DNA of 32,333 nt from Pirellulales bacterium (GCA_039831725.1 JBDOMQ010000258.1:1-32333); one strand, 5' to 3'; positions 16,563-24,821 are shown, counted from the stretch's first letter. Numbers and translations: made by a program. The notes: generated by a model not told the origin, from the sequence alone.

Positions 16563-18431
16563 CTAGGATGGTCCTAATGGTGGTCGCCCTCCTGAAATCG
16601 GGTTTGATGCACTCAGCAATTGCACATCAAACACCAACGTTCCACCTGGTAGCCCTCTGCCTGGATTCTCCCCATAGGCCATATCAGCAGGGATGATCAG
16701 CCTCCGGCGGCCACCTTCCCGCATGCCGGCGACCCCCTCCTCCCAGCCTTGGATGACGCGCCCTTGGCCGAGAGTAAACTCGAATGGAGTAACGCCCGTC
16801 TCTCTTGTCAAAGAACTATCAAATACGTCACCATTCTGACGGCTACCCACATAATGAACTTGAACTGTCTGACCAGCTGCTACCGGCACCCCTAGGCCTA
16901 CAACAAGATCAACATACTGCAGTCCACTCGATGTTGTTATCACAGCTGGATCAATTGGCATTGAAGAGCCTGAGGCTGCTGTCAGTGGGCCGCGAACAAC
17001 TGAAACGGTGTTCGTTACATTACCATCAGCATCCAGTACTTGGGCACCACCAGCTCCAACAGCAAAAAACGAGTTCACTTGTCCATCGCCGTCGCTATCA
17101 AGCGGTGAAACACGAAATCTGGAATTTGCTGTATTTCCACTTGTCAGATTTTTCTTCGTCGTACGAGTCGTTCCAGAATCTTGAGTTATTTGAAAAATAT
17201 CAACTCGTGCATCTTCACCCTGCCCACCGGATACCATGATGTCATCCACGCTTCGATCGTTATAAAGCCCTGAAGCAATTGTCACGCCGGAATAACCAAT
17301 TGTGGGATCGATTGAAAGTTCTGTGACAACTTTTGGCGGACCAGCTACATCAACTATTTGGACTGACTTGATCGCACCAGGGCCAGTTCCGAGTACCAAT
17401 TCAGCACGACCATCTTTTGAATCTGTCTGACTAATTGAACCATTTGTAATCGTGCCAACGTCTGCTGCCGCGACACTCACACCAGCAAGATGCGTTGTTC
17501 CATATGGCGCGTACCGTCTAAAAGGAGTCGACTCCCATCCCAAGCTAATTCCAAGATGAACACTGACGGTGCTGCCAGCGGCTTGTCCAGCAATCAAATC
17601 TTTTGTCCCATCTCCATCAACATCACCAAGGGCAATATTGACTCCAGACAAAAAGCTTGTGCCAAATGGAGTGATTCGGTACTCCGGCATTTCCTCACCA
17701 TCAATGTCGAAAACGCGTATCTCGCCAACTCGACCGCGCCCTGGTGCCACAACAATCTCGTCACGTCCATCGTTATCAACGTCATCTATTGCCGTTTGTA
17801 CACCACCCATAAATCCTGACTCATAGACATCAAACTGATTAACAACGGCACCTGAAGCCGGATCAACGATGCTTACGGTTGGGGTGCCTAAATACGCAAG
17901 ACCGCTTCCGACTGCGAGGAATGGTCGGGAAGCAATGTCGAATGCCGAATTATTGTCAGGATTACTGTCTGGAGTACCAAAGGGTGTCACAGCCGTGACT
18001 TCGGTTTTGATTTGCCCAACTGCATCATCTGCAATCTGATTTGTTAGTGTAAAAATTACTGCACCACCAGCTGCCAAACTCACACTTGTATCCATCGCAT
18101 TTTCACTGGTGCTACTGCCATTCGGTGCAAAAGTTGATTCTTCAGAACCTTGAGAACCTTGCCCAGTCCACGAGGCTGACAGCACGCCCTCGGGCAATGG
18201 TACAACCACCCGTGCATCCGCAACGGCTTCAGACCCAAGATTCTGAACAATAATCGTGTCTACTTTGTCAGAACCAGGAATATACGTGTGTTGTCCACTG
18301 TGAATTGCAACTGACAAATCAACGTCAAATGCCAACCGTGGCTCAAGATTTTCAAATGACCGATCTAAAAACCCACGGGAACGACGAGCTCGTACTGATC
18401 GTTTCTGAAAGAATTGCTTAAATAGTTGCAT
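16563..18431 (-). CDS. Secreted multidomain protein: DUF11/CARDB-like domain, FG-GAP (integrin-alpha-type) repeats and a C-terminal FKBP-type peptidyl-prolyl isomerase
   Basis: FG-GAP/Ca-binding loops: DVDNDGRDEIVV, GDVDGDGTKDLIAG, DSDGDGQVN. FKBP core: VQVHYVGSRQNGDVFDSS..PFEFTLGQGRVIQGWEEGVAGMREGGRRRLIIPADMAYG..GGTLVFDVQLL. The N-terminus reads MQLFKQFFQKRSVRARRSRG..FENLEPRLAFD. The ATG is at 18431; the track start at 18461 is GTG. Confidence 0.8.
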   Translation of the reverse strand: MQLFKQFFQKRSVRARRSRGFLDRSFENLEPRLAFDVDLSVAIHSGQHTYIPGSDKVDTIIVQNLGSEAVADARVVVPLPEGVLSASWTGQGSQGSEESTFAPNGSSTSENAMDTSVSLAAGGAVIFTLTNQIADDAVGQIKTEVTAVTPFGTPDSNPDNNSAFDIASRPFLAVGSGLAYLGTPTVSIVDPASGAVVNQFDVYESGFMGGVQTAIDDVDNDGRDEIVVAPGRGRVGEIRVFDIDGEEMPEYRITPFGTSFLSGVNIALGDVDGDGTKDLIAGQAAGSTVSVHLGISLGWESTPFRRYAPYGTTHLAGVSVAAADVGTITNGSISQTDSKDGRAELVLGTGPGAIKSVQIVDVAGPPKVVTELSIDPTIGYSGVTIASGLYNDRSVDDIMVSGGQGEDARVDIFQITQDSGTTRTTKKNLTSGNTANSRFRVSPLDSDGDGQVNSFFAVGAGGAQVLDADGNVTNTVSVVRGPLTAASGSSMPIDPAVITTSSGLQYVDLVVGLGVPVAAGQTVQVHYVGSRQNGDVFDSSLTRETGVTPFEFTLGQGRVIQGWEEGVAGMREGGRRRLIIPADMAYGENPGRGLPGGTLVFDVQLLSASNPISGGRPPLGPS

Positions 18432-18540
18432 CTGTAATCCTGATCCAACAAACCTGTACACGTTCCCTGTTTCGCGCAGAAAATGGACTCTATCTCTACG
18501 TTAAGATGTACCCCTTGGTTTGGTTCGGGTCAATTTTTTA

Positions 18541-18592
18541 CAAAAAAAGTGGGTCGGTCGCCTAAAAGACAACCGACCCACCTTATTTTTTA
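18541..18592 (-). terminator. Intrinsic (potentially bidirectional) terminator downstream of the YTV gene
   Basis: A perfect 10-bp stem GTGGGTCGGT (18549-18558) pairs with ACCGACCCAC (18572-18581), with a 13-nt loop. It is flanked by an A7 run (18542-18548, a T-run on the minus strand) and a T-run at 18585-18591. Confidence 0.65.
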
Positions 18593-18622
18593 AAAACAAC
18601 TAAGTAGCTGTTTTATGCCACT

Positions 18623-20290
18623 TTAGCGGCAGCGACGACGCAGGCAGCCCTTTCGGCGGCAGCCTTTGTTGCAACTGTCGTTGCAGCCACTGTCGCAGCT
18701 GTCGCAGCTGTCACAGCTGTTGCAGCTATCGCCGCAGCAACCGTCGTTGCAGCTGTCACAAGGTACTTCTACCTGTACAGTGACGCACTTTCGTACTGGA
18801 ACTTCCTTTGTGACCTGAACTGGAACGCAGACCTCATATGTGCGGGTCTTTTCTTCCGGAACACAGTCATAAACAGTTACCGAGTACTTTTCTTCTCGTT
18901 CCTGTGGAACCATAACCGTGTAGGAAACTTCCTTGGTCATAGCTTCAGGTACACATTTGCTTACCTGATACTCACGAGTGCGAGTCTCAGTTCGGCACTT
19001 CTGTACCTTTACGGTGCGAGTTCGCTCTTCTGGCACACACTTGGTGACACAGTAGGTACGAGTTCGCTCTTCTGGACGGCACTTCTGTACCTTCACAGTG
19101 CGAGTTCGCTCTTCTGGCACACACTTGGTAACGCAGTAAGTACGAGTTCGCTCTTCTTCACGGCACCTCTGTACCTTGACAGTGCGAGTTCGCTCTTCTG
19201 GTACACACTTGGTGACACAGTAAGTACGAGTTCGCTCTTCTGGTACATGCTTGGTGACGCAGTAAGTACGAGTTCGCTCTTCTTCACGGCACCTTGGCAC
19301 GCATACAGTGCGAGTTCGCTCTTCTGTTCGGCACTTTCGAACACAAACGGTGTAAGGAACTTCTTCAGTTACACAATCATATGTTGTGCACTGAACCTGC
19401 TTTTCCTCACACGTTGGTACCCAAACTCTCTTGCAGCACATCTTTGGTGGGCAAGGATTGCCACACGCATCGGTACCACAGGAAGGCATTTCAGTCATCT
19501 GGTTTTCCCAGTGACCACCGCGAACCTGAACAGTCTTGGTTGAACAAACTGGTACTCGCTTCGTCACAGTGCGGGTCTTCTGAACCTGCTCTGTGTAAGG
19601 AACTTGAACCGTATATGTCTGCTCAACTTCTTCCGTATAAGGAACCTTCACAGTGTATGTGCAGGTCTTTTCTTCCTTAACAGGAACCATAACAGTATAA
19701 GTTGCAGTCTTTTCTTCCTTTACAGGAACCATGACTGTGTACTTCTGCTCAACTTCTTCACAGTAAGGAACTTGAACTGTATAAGTTGCAGTCTTTTCTT
19801 CCTTTACAGGAACCATGACTGTGTACTTCTGCTCAACTTCTTCGCAGTAAGGAACTTGAACTGTATAAGTTGCAGTCTTTTCTTCCTTTACAGGAACCAT
19901 GACTGTGTACTTCTGCTCAACTTCTTCACAATAAGGAACTTGAACTTCATAGTCGCAAGTCTTTGTTTCCATAACCTTACGATTTACTGTGTAATTAACA
20001 GTCTTCGTACGGGTTTCTGGAACACACTCTGTTACAGTCCGAGTTCGCTCTTCAGTGCGAGGAACTCTTTTCATAACCGTGTACTTCTTTTCACGAGTCT
20101 CTTTCTGATACTCGGTGCATGTCACAGTTTTCATTTCTGTCACATATTGCCGCTGGCACACTGTCTTAGTGCCACAGCTAGCACCGTCGTTGCAACTCTC
20201 GCAATCAGCGGACGCAACAGAGCACGTCACAAAGATCGCAATGGCTGGCAACATGCATGTGATAACTTTTCGAAACACAAAAGCCTCCAT
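18623..20290 (-). CDS. YTV-repeat, cysteine-rich secreted (cell-wall-type) protein
   Basis: Signal peptide MEAFVFRKVITCMLPAIAIFVTCSVASA. The body consists of about 30 modules of ~14 aa (..VP.EE.T.TYTV..) with many YTV motifs. Both termini are CxxC-rich. Pfam YTV is a Rhodopirellula-type family (recollection). Confidence 0.8.
   Translation of the reverse strand: MEAFVFRKVITCMLPAIAIFVTCSVASADCESCNDGASCGTKTVCQRQYVTEMKTVTCTEYQKETREKKYTVMKRVPRTEERTRTVTECVPETRTKTVNYTVNRKVMETKTCDYEVQVPYCEEVEQKYTVMVPVKEEKTATYTVQVPYCEEVEQKYTVMVPVKEEKTATYTVQVPYCEEVEQKYTVMVPVKEEKTATYTVMVPVKEEKTCTYTVKVPYTEEVEQTYTVQVPYTEQVQKTRTVTKRVPVCSTKTVQVRGGHWENQMTEMPSCGTDACGNPCPPKMCCKRVWVPTCEEKQVQCTTYDCVTEEVPYTVCVRKCRTEERTRTVCVPRCREEERTRTYCVTKHVPEERTRTYCVTKCVPEERTRTVKVQRCREEERTRTYCVTKCVPEERTRTVKVQKCRPEERTRTYCVTKCVPEERTRTVKVQKCRTETRTREYQVSKCVPEAMTKEVSYTVMVPQEREEKYSVTVYDCVPEEKTRTYEVCVPVQVTKEVPVRKCVTVQVEVPCDSCNDGCCGDSCNSCDSCDSCDSGCNDSCNKGCRRKGCLRRRCR
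18689..18733 (-). repeat. 9-bp microrepeat (GCTGTCGCA-like, 5 units) encoding the (C-D/N-S)n tail of the YTV protein
   Basis: The units read ACTGTCGCA GCTGTCGCA GCTGTCACA GCTGTTGCA GCTATCGCC on the + strand. On the minus strand they encode ..GDSCNSCDSCDSCDSG.. Confidence 0.8.
18968..19345 (-). repeat. Tandem 42/84-bp repeat family (CVTKCVPEERTRTVKVQKCRxEERTRTY units) inside the YTV gene
   Basis: The 14-mer CGAGTTCGCTCTTC recurs 8 times at exact 42-bp phasing, starting at 19017, 19059, 19101, 19143, 19185, 19227, 19269 and 19311. Three 28-aa units span aa 358-441, preceded by 14-aa half units. Confidence 0.9.
19652..19945 (-). repeat. Tandem 84-bp (28-codon) repeat, 3 near-identical copies plus a half unit, inside the YTV gene
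   Basis: The copies lie at 19862-19945, 19778-19861 and 19694-19777. They differ at only 2-3 positions per pair, all synonymous. Each encodes VQVPYCEEVEQKYTVMVPVKEEKTATYT. A diverged half unit lies at 19652-19693. Confidence 0.9.
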
Positions 20291-20724
20291 TATTCAAAGG
20301 GAATTCAAAACGTTTGGAACTTGAAACAAGGAACAACCGCCTGCCAAACGAAAAAATTCCCGGTGACAGACTGGGACGAAAGCAATCAAAAAAGAACGAT
20401 TACCCTGTCAATTTAGCTAGGTTACGTAGACTTTTCTGCTATGCAAGCATGACGCTTCATTTTTTTCACAATTTCTGGCACTTTATTCCCTCTGAATACG
20501 GTGGCTGTTCGGTCGTCCGGAATGTAGCGATTTCCGTTACCACGGAGCGTGGAAGCCAAGCTGTCTGCTATATCTCCGTCTAAACACGTAAAAAAAGACT
20601 AAAAAACAATATTTTTGCCGTTTTCAAGCAATGAGCTCCCATGCTCTTCCAGACCGGAAGTACCATTTGTCGCTCAACTTTTCGTATAATTTGTTGACTA
20701 TGGGGACAAGGCCGGGAAACGACT

Positions 20725-20753
20725 GCAGGAATGTTCCTTTGAAACATTCCTGC
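20725..20753 (+). promoter_or_regulatory. Perfect 11-bp inverted repeat / hairpin about 25 nt upstream of the CBS gene ATG
   Basis: GCAGGAATGTT (20725-20735) pairs with AACATTCCTGC (20743-20753) across a 7-nt loop. No T-run follows, so it is more likely an operator or a 5'-UTR structure than a terminator. Confidence 0.3.
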
Positions 20754-20777
20754 GATCGAGTTATATGGGGAGAAAAA

Positions 20778-21230
20778 ATGGCTACCGTGTCACACCTTTT
20801 AGCCAGCAAAAATGGCTGCCGTGTTTTGAGTGTCTCGCCAAACACGACTGTTTTCGACGCAACTCGCCTAATGAATGCTGAGCATATTGGTGCTTTGTTG
20901 GTTGTTCAAACATCAGATACAGGTGATGAACTTGTGGGTATCTTTACCGAAAGAGATGTCCTCCGCCGAATCGTGGCTGCAGGAAGACAGCCTGAACGCA
21001 CCAAAATTGGTGCTGTGATGACCCAAGAAATTATCACGTGTACGGTTGACACCCAACTCGACGAGATTGCTGAATTGATGAGGGTCGAACGAATCCGTCA
21101 CCTCCCCGTGCTTGAAAGTAATCAGCACATCGCAGGGCTTATCTCAATAGGAGATCTCAACGCCTACAAGGCTGGGCATTGTCAATTAGCTCTTCAAGAA
21201 GCTGAGAACTACATCCAGGGACGGGTTTAG
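20778..21230 (+). CDS. CBS-pair domain protein
   Basis: 150 aa with two CBS motifs (..VFDATRLMNAEHIGALLVV...GIFTERDVLRRI.. and ..LDEIAELMRVERIRHLPVLE..IAGLISIGDL). The ATG at 20778 is preceded by GGGGAG. The 49-aa N-terminal extension from the track start (20631) looks non-coding and contains the hairpin. Confidence 0.75.
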   Translation: MATVSHLLASKNGCRVLSVSPNTTVFDATRLMNAEHIGALLVVQTSDTGDELVGIFTERDVLRRIVAAGRQPERTKIGAVMTQEIITCTVDTQLDEIAELMRVERIRHLPVLESNQHIAGLISIGDLNAYKAGHCQLALQEAENYIQGRV

Positions 21231-21431
21231 TGCCGCACGACAATCTTGTTCCTACTCTAAGTCAATTTACTCACGGCCAGTAGTTTACATTCTGCAATCT
21301 GATACCCTTCAACATCTGCCAACTATTCCGATTTTCGTCCATACTCAGATCGTACCAGTTCTGAATTGCCGACGTCTTTTGTCTTGCTTTCATGGTGGTC
21401 AACACCTCTACTCGCTTCAGAAACAATTACT

Positions 21432-23000
21432 ATGAATTTGCTTCTTCGTATTGCTAGCTTCTCACTCCTGTTCCTTCTTACACCAACAACTCTTCTCGCT
21501 GATGTGTCACTGAACAATTTGTTTAGCAATCACATGGTTTTGCAACAAGGCATTCAAAATAAGGTTTGGGGCAAGGCCGACCCTGGTGAAAAGATTGCTG
21601 TGTCCATAGCTGGTCAGAACCACGCAACAGTTGCTGAAAAAGATGGGGCTTGGTCGGTACAACTCGACGCCATCATGGAATACGGTGGCCCTCACACGCT
21701 GACTGTGGCCGGAAACAATACCCAGACATTTCAAGATATCCTTATTGGAGAGGTCTGGGTCTGCTCTGGCCAATCAAATATGCAATGGCCTGTACGACAG
21801 GCCACTGACGCTGACCTCACGATGGCGACTGCAGACTTAGGACAAATTCGACTGATTTCTGTTCCTCAGGTGGGCACGCAAGAGCCTCAATGGAATTTTA
21901 AAGGTGAATGGGCCGTTTGTTCTCCTGAAAATGTTGGTGATTTTTCCGCTGTCGGATTCTTCTTTGGACGTCAACTCCACCAAACACTCGATGTTCCGGT
22001 TGGGCTCATCGATAACGCGTGGGGAGGCAGTGCTTGTGAAGCCTGGATTGATAGGAATCTGTTGTCGTCTGACGACAGGTTCAAGCCATTACTTGACCGA
22101 TGGGTCAGAACAGAGTCCGAAATGCCTGAGGCTCTAAAAGTTTATGAAAAGAGACTTGGGCTTTGGAAACAAGCTTCTGAAAAAGCAAAGGCAGAAAAAA
22201 AAGTTCCTCCGCGACGGCCTCGACATCCAGAGTCATTACTCACCGGGAATTCTCGACCGGGAAACATCTACTGCGGCGTGCTTGCGCCGACTATTGGCTA
22301 CGGCATGAGGGGTGCTATCTGGTATCAGGGTGAGTCCAATGCAAGCCGGGCTGTTCAGTATCGTGAACTTTTTCCATTCATGATTGACTCCTGGCGGAAC
22401 GAGTGGGGGCTTGGCGACTTTCCCTTTTATTGGGTCCAACTTGCAGATTTTAGAGACGAGACGCCTGAGCCTGCTGAAAGTGAGTGGGCCGAACTTCGCG
22501 AAGCCCAAACAATGACACTTAAAAAACTTACAAATACTGGTGAAGCCGTAATCATCGATCTTGGAGAAGCAAAAGACATTCATCCAAAAAACAAAATTGA
22601 TGTTGCAAAACGATTGGCGAGATTGGCACTCGTGGAAACATACAAGTTGCCCGGGATTCAGTGTAGAAGTCCCCTGTTTCAATCGATGGAGCAAAAAGGT
22701 GATCGCTTGGTTCTTACCTTTGAGCATGTAGAACCAAAGGCGAATGGGTGGAGACCGTTTGATATTCGTGATCCTATAGGTTTTACGATTGCTGATTCCA
22801 GCAAGACATTCGTAACCGCAAATGCTCGAATACTCGCTGATGGACGGATAGAAGTCTGGAATGATACCGTTTCTAATCCCGTAGCGGTTCGTTACGCATG
22901 GGCCGATAATCCAGTCTGCAACATGTATTCGTCTGCTGGATTGCCGCTCACACCCTTTCGAACAGACGACTTTCCGAGCATGACTGCGGGCCGCAACTAA
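21432..23000 (+). CDS. Sialate O-acetylesterase-like carbohydrate esterase (SGNH/DUF303 type), secreted
   Basis: The signal peptide MNLLLRIASFSLLFLLTPTTLLA begins at the first ATG (21432); the track start at 21366 is TTG. The catalytic block is EVWVCSGQSNM. Further matches are ..GLIDNAWGGS..EAW and ..GAIWYQGESN. Confidence 0.75.
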   Translation: MNLLLRIASFSLLFLLTPTTLLADVSLNNLFSNHMVLQQGIQNKVWGKADPGEKIAVSIAGQNHATVAEKDGAWSVQLDAIMEYGGPHTLTVAGNNTQTFQDILIGEVWVCSGQSNMQWPVRQATDADLTMATADLGQIRLISVPQVGTQEPQWNFKGEWAVCSPENVGDFSAVGFFFGRQLHQTLDVPVGLIDNAWGGSACEAWIDRNLLSSDDRFKPLLDRWVRTESEMPEALKVYEKRLGLWKQASEKAKAEKKVPPRRPRHPESLLTGNSRPGNIYCGVLAPTIGYGMRGAIWYQGESNASRAVQYRELFPFMIDSWRNEWGLGDFPFYWVQLADFRDETPEPAESEWAELREAQTMTLKKLTNTGEAVIIDLGEAKDIHPKNKIDVAKRLARLALVETYKLPGIQCRSPLFQSMEQKGDRLVLTFEHVEPKANGWRPFDIRDPIGFTIADSSKTFVTANARILADGRIEVWNDTVSNPVAVRYAWADNPVCNMYSSAGLPLTPFRTDDFPSMTAGRN

Positions 23001-23131
23001 ATCACTCTGCTTTATAAAAGTGGCAAAAATATGACCCCACGAGATACACTATGTCCTCGTGTATTGTTGTCTAACAACTACACATTGTGCCGTCGGTAAT
23101 AAATGAGTCACAGCAAAAACAAGGAGGTTTT

Positions 23132-24412
23132 ATGAGCCGCGCTTTCAATACAGCAAGAGAGTTTTTGCGACAGGGGAATCTCATATGTCTACTTGCCGTA
23201 GCTGGCATACTAAATGGTTGCAGTCCTTCTGTTAATCAGCCCGTCAGCCAGTCTCTCCCTTATGCCGACTCGACGACAGCAGACGAACCCTACAGGGCAA
23301 ATCGAGCTACTCAACCAATTCCTGTTGTGATAAAGCCTGCCCTGCCTTTTCGTCTGTCAAAGCTTGATAACCAACCCCTGATGAAAGCTGTGGCAAAAAA
23401 TGACATCCGTCCAGTCTCTGCCGAAATACCAGCAATGCTCCCTCAGGAAAATTCTTTCCGAAACCTTAAAACAATTAAGAACGCGGTGACTGCAACCATA
23501 TCTACTGATATACAAAACACCTTTGCTGACTACCTCGATGACTTTAATCGTCATGATGCCAATGCATTGGCGGCTCACTGGGTAAAGGACGGTGAGAACC
23601 TTGATCTCGACACCGGAAACCGTGTTGTCGGACAACCTGCTGTCGAGCGCGTGTTTGATCAATTGTTTGCACATGATGAAACTGCTCAGATTGGTTTCCA
23701 AATTGATTCGATTCGACCGATTCGTGACGATGTTGTTGTCGTTGATGGCTTATCTCAGATGTCTCTCATCGATCAAGAACCTCACCACAGTCGTTTTTCA
23801 GCAGTGCTTGTTCGGCACGAAGATCGCTGGCTTATGGAATCTGTTCGTGAATCTTCAGCATCTGCGGAACCAACTATCCATGATCGACTCCAACAACTAA
23901 GTTGGTTGCGAGGTTTCTGGGAAGACATCAGTGATGGCATCACGGCAAGCCTTCAGTGCGAGTGGAATGAACAAGGCACTTTTTTAATTCGCCGGTATCT
24001 CATTACGAAGGAAACTGAACCGCGTGGTGCTGAAGAACGACTTGCGCTAGGAATACCAGCCCTTCTACCCAATGAAGAGGCCCTCGAAAAAACGGTCGAT
24101 CGATTGACGACCACCGAATACATCGGATGGGATCCTCTGCAAGGACAAATTTGCTCCTGGCTCTTTCGCTCTGATGGGCATACCGCTCACTTTGCTTGGC
24201 AACGCAATGGAAACGCTTGGTTACTCCAGTCGATTTCCGACGGCGGTGGGAATGAAAGTCCTACTCAATATTCGCTCCAACGTGCTGGGGAAGATGAATT
24301 GACTCTTGAACACATATCCGGAGACAACTGCGCATTAATTCCTGAAGCTGATTTCGTTCGCACTGCCCGCCCTATTAAGAAGCTGACATCTTCCGATTCT
24401 TTAATGAAGTAG
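23132..24412 (+). CDS. Lipoprotein of unknown function with an NTF2-like (SnoaL/DUF4440-type) domain
   Basis: AAGGAGG (23121-23127) precedes the ATG at 23132. Lipobox ..LLAVAGILNG/C. The NTF2-like segment reads FADYLDDFNRHDANALAAHWVKDGENLD...VVVVDGLSQM...FSAVLVRHEDRWLMESVRE. Confidence 0.6.
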   Translation: MSRAFNTAREFLRQGNLICLLAVAGILNGCSPSVNQPVSQSLPYADSTTADEPYRANRATQPIPVVIKPALPFRLSKLDNQPLMKAVAKNDIRPVSAEIPAMLPQENSFRNLKTIKNAVTATISTDIQNTFADYLDDFNRHDANALAAHWVKDGENLDLDTGNRVVGQPAVERVFDQLFAHDETAQIGFQIDSIRPIRDDVVVVDGLSQMSLIDQEPHHSRFSAVLVRHEDRWLMESVRESSASAEPTIHDRLQQLSWLRGFWEDISDGITASLQCEWNEQGTFLIRRYLITKETEPRGAEERLALGIPALLPNEEALEKTVDRLTTTEYIGWDPLQGQICSWLFRSDGHTAHFAWQRNGNAWLLQSISDGGGNESPTQYSLQRAGEDELTLEHISGDNCALIPEADFVRTARPIKKLTSSDSLMK

Positions 24413-24494
24413 TGACACGTGACCTTCATTGGACAGACCTCCTGGAGAAAATGCAGTTTTTTCACTTGTCGTGAAATGATCTCCATATGTTCTC

Positions 24495-24821
24495 ATGCCG
24501 CGTTCTGATTCGAATACACTTGCCGAACAATGCACAACTCTGCAAGTCCATGGTCCATTACTTGTTGTGGCGTCAAGCAAAACCATCAGCGACCTTGCCC
24601 CTTCTTGGGAGACAGCGCTGCAGACATTAAATATCTCTTACAGGGTGTTTGTTTTTTCTGAAAACTCACATCACGAAATTGATGAAATTTGTAAAGAAGC
24701 ACTTGATTTTCGTGCAACGGCTATCGCCGTGATTGGCGCACAACACATTCTCAACGTTGTACAGTCGGCTGCTTCTCTATCACATGTACAGTTGGTAACC
24801 GTGCTGTATGAGCCGCGGTAA
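24495..24821 (+). CDS. Hypothetical small protein (108 aa); coding status uncertain
   Basis: The ORF fills an otherwise ~340-nt gap and its composition is protein-like (..LLVVASSKTISD...RATAIAVIGAQHILNVV..). There is no SD, I recognise no homology, and its 3' end overlaps the convergent 24751..25737 gene by 71 nt. Confidence 0.3.
   Translation: MPRSDSNTLAEQCTTLQVHGPLLVVASSKTISDLAPSWETALQTLNISYRVFVFSENSHHEIDEICKEALDFRATAIAVIGAQHILNVVQSAASLSHVQLVTVLYEPR

Noticed and set aside
18522-18531. GGTTCGGGTC, a T-loop-like sequence that might indicate a tRNA.
   Set aside because: The flanking sequence cannot be folded into acceptor, D or anticodon arms. It lies in the 5' leader region of the FG-GAP/FKBP gene.
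19093-20416. Long ORFs on the + strand opposite the YTV gene (19604..20416 at 270 aa, 19247..19543, 19294..19680) and an out-of-frame minus-strand ORF (19093..19344).
   Set aside because: Their periodic, low-complexity translations (..SLFFLYRNHDCVLLLNFF.. repeated) are the antisense or off-frame image of the tandem repeats. They have no signal sequence, motif or independent start context. The YTV frame explains the whole region.
20314-20845. ORFs 20314..20583 (+) and 20624..20845 (-), and the 20631 upstream extension of the CBS gene.
   Set aside because: They have non-ATG or context-less starts, odd compositions and no motifs. The CBS domain begins right after the ATG at 20778, which has a G-rich SD-like sequence.
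23038-23070. Hairpin (CACGAG..CTCGTG) followed by a T-rich tract after the esterase gene, considered as an intrinsic terminator.
   Set aside because: It has only a 6-bp stem with a 12-nt loop and an interrupted T tract, which is too weak to call.
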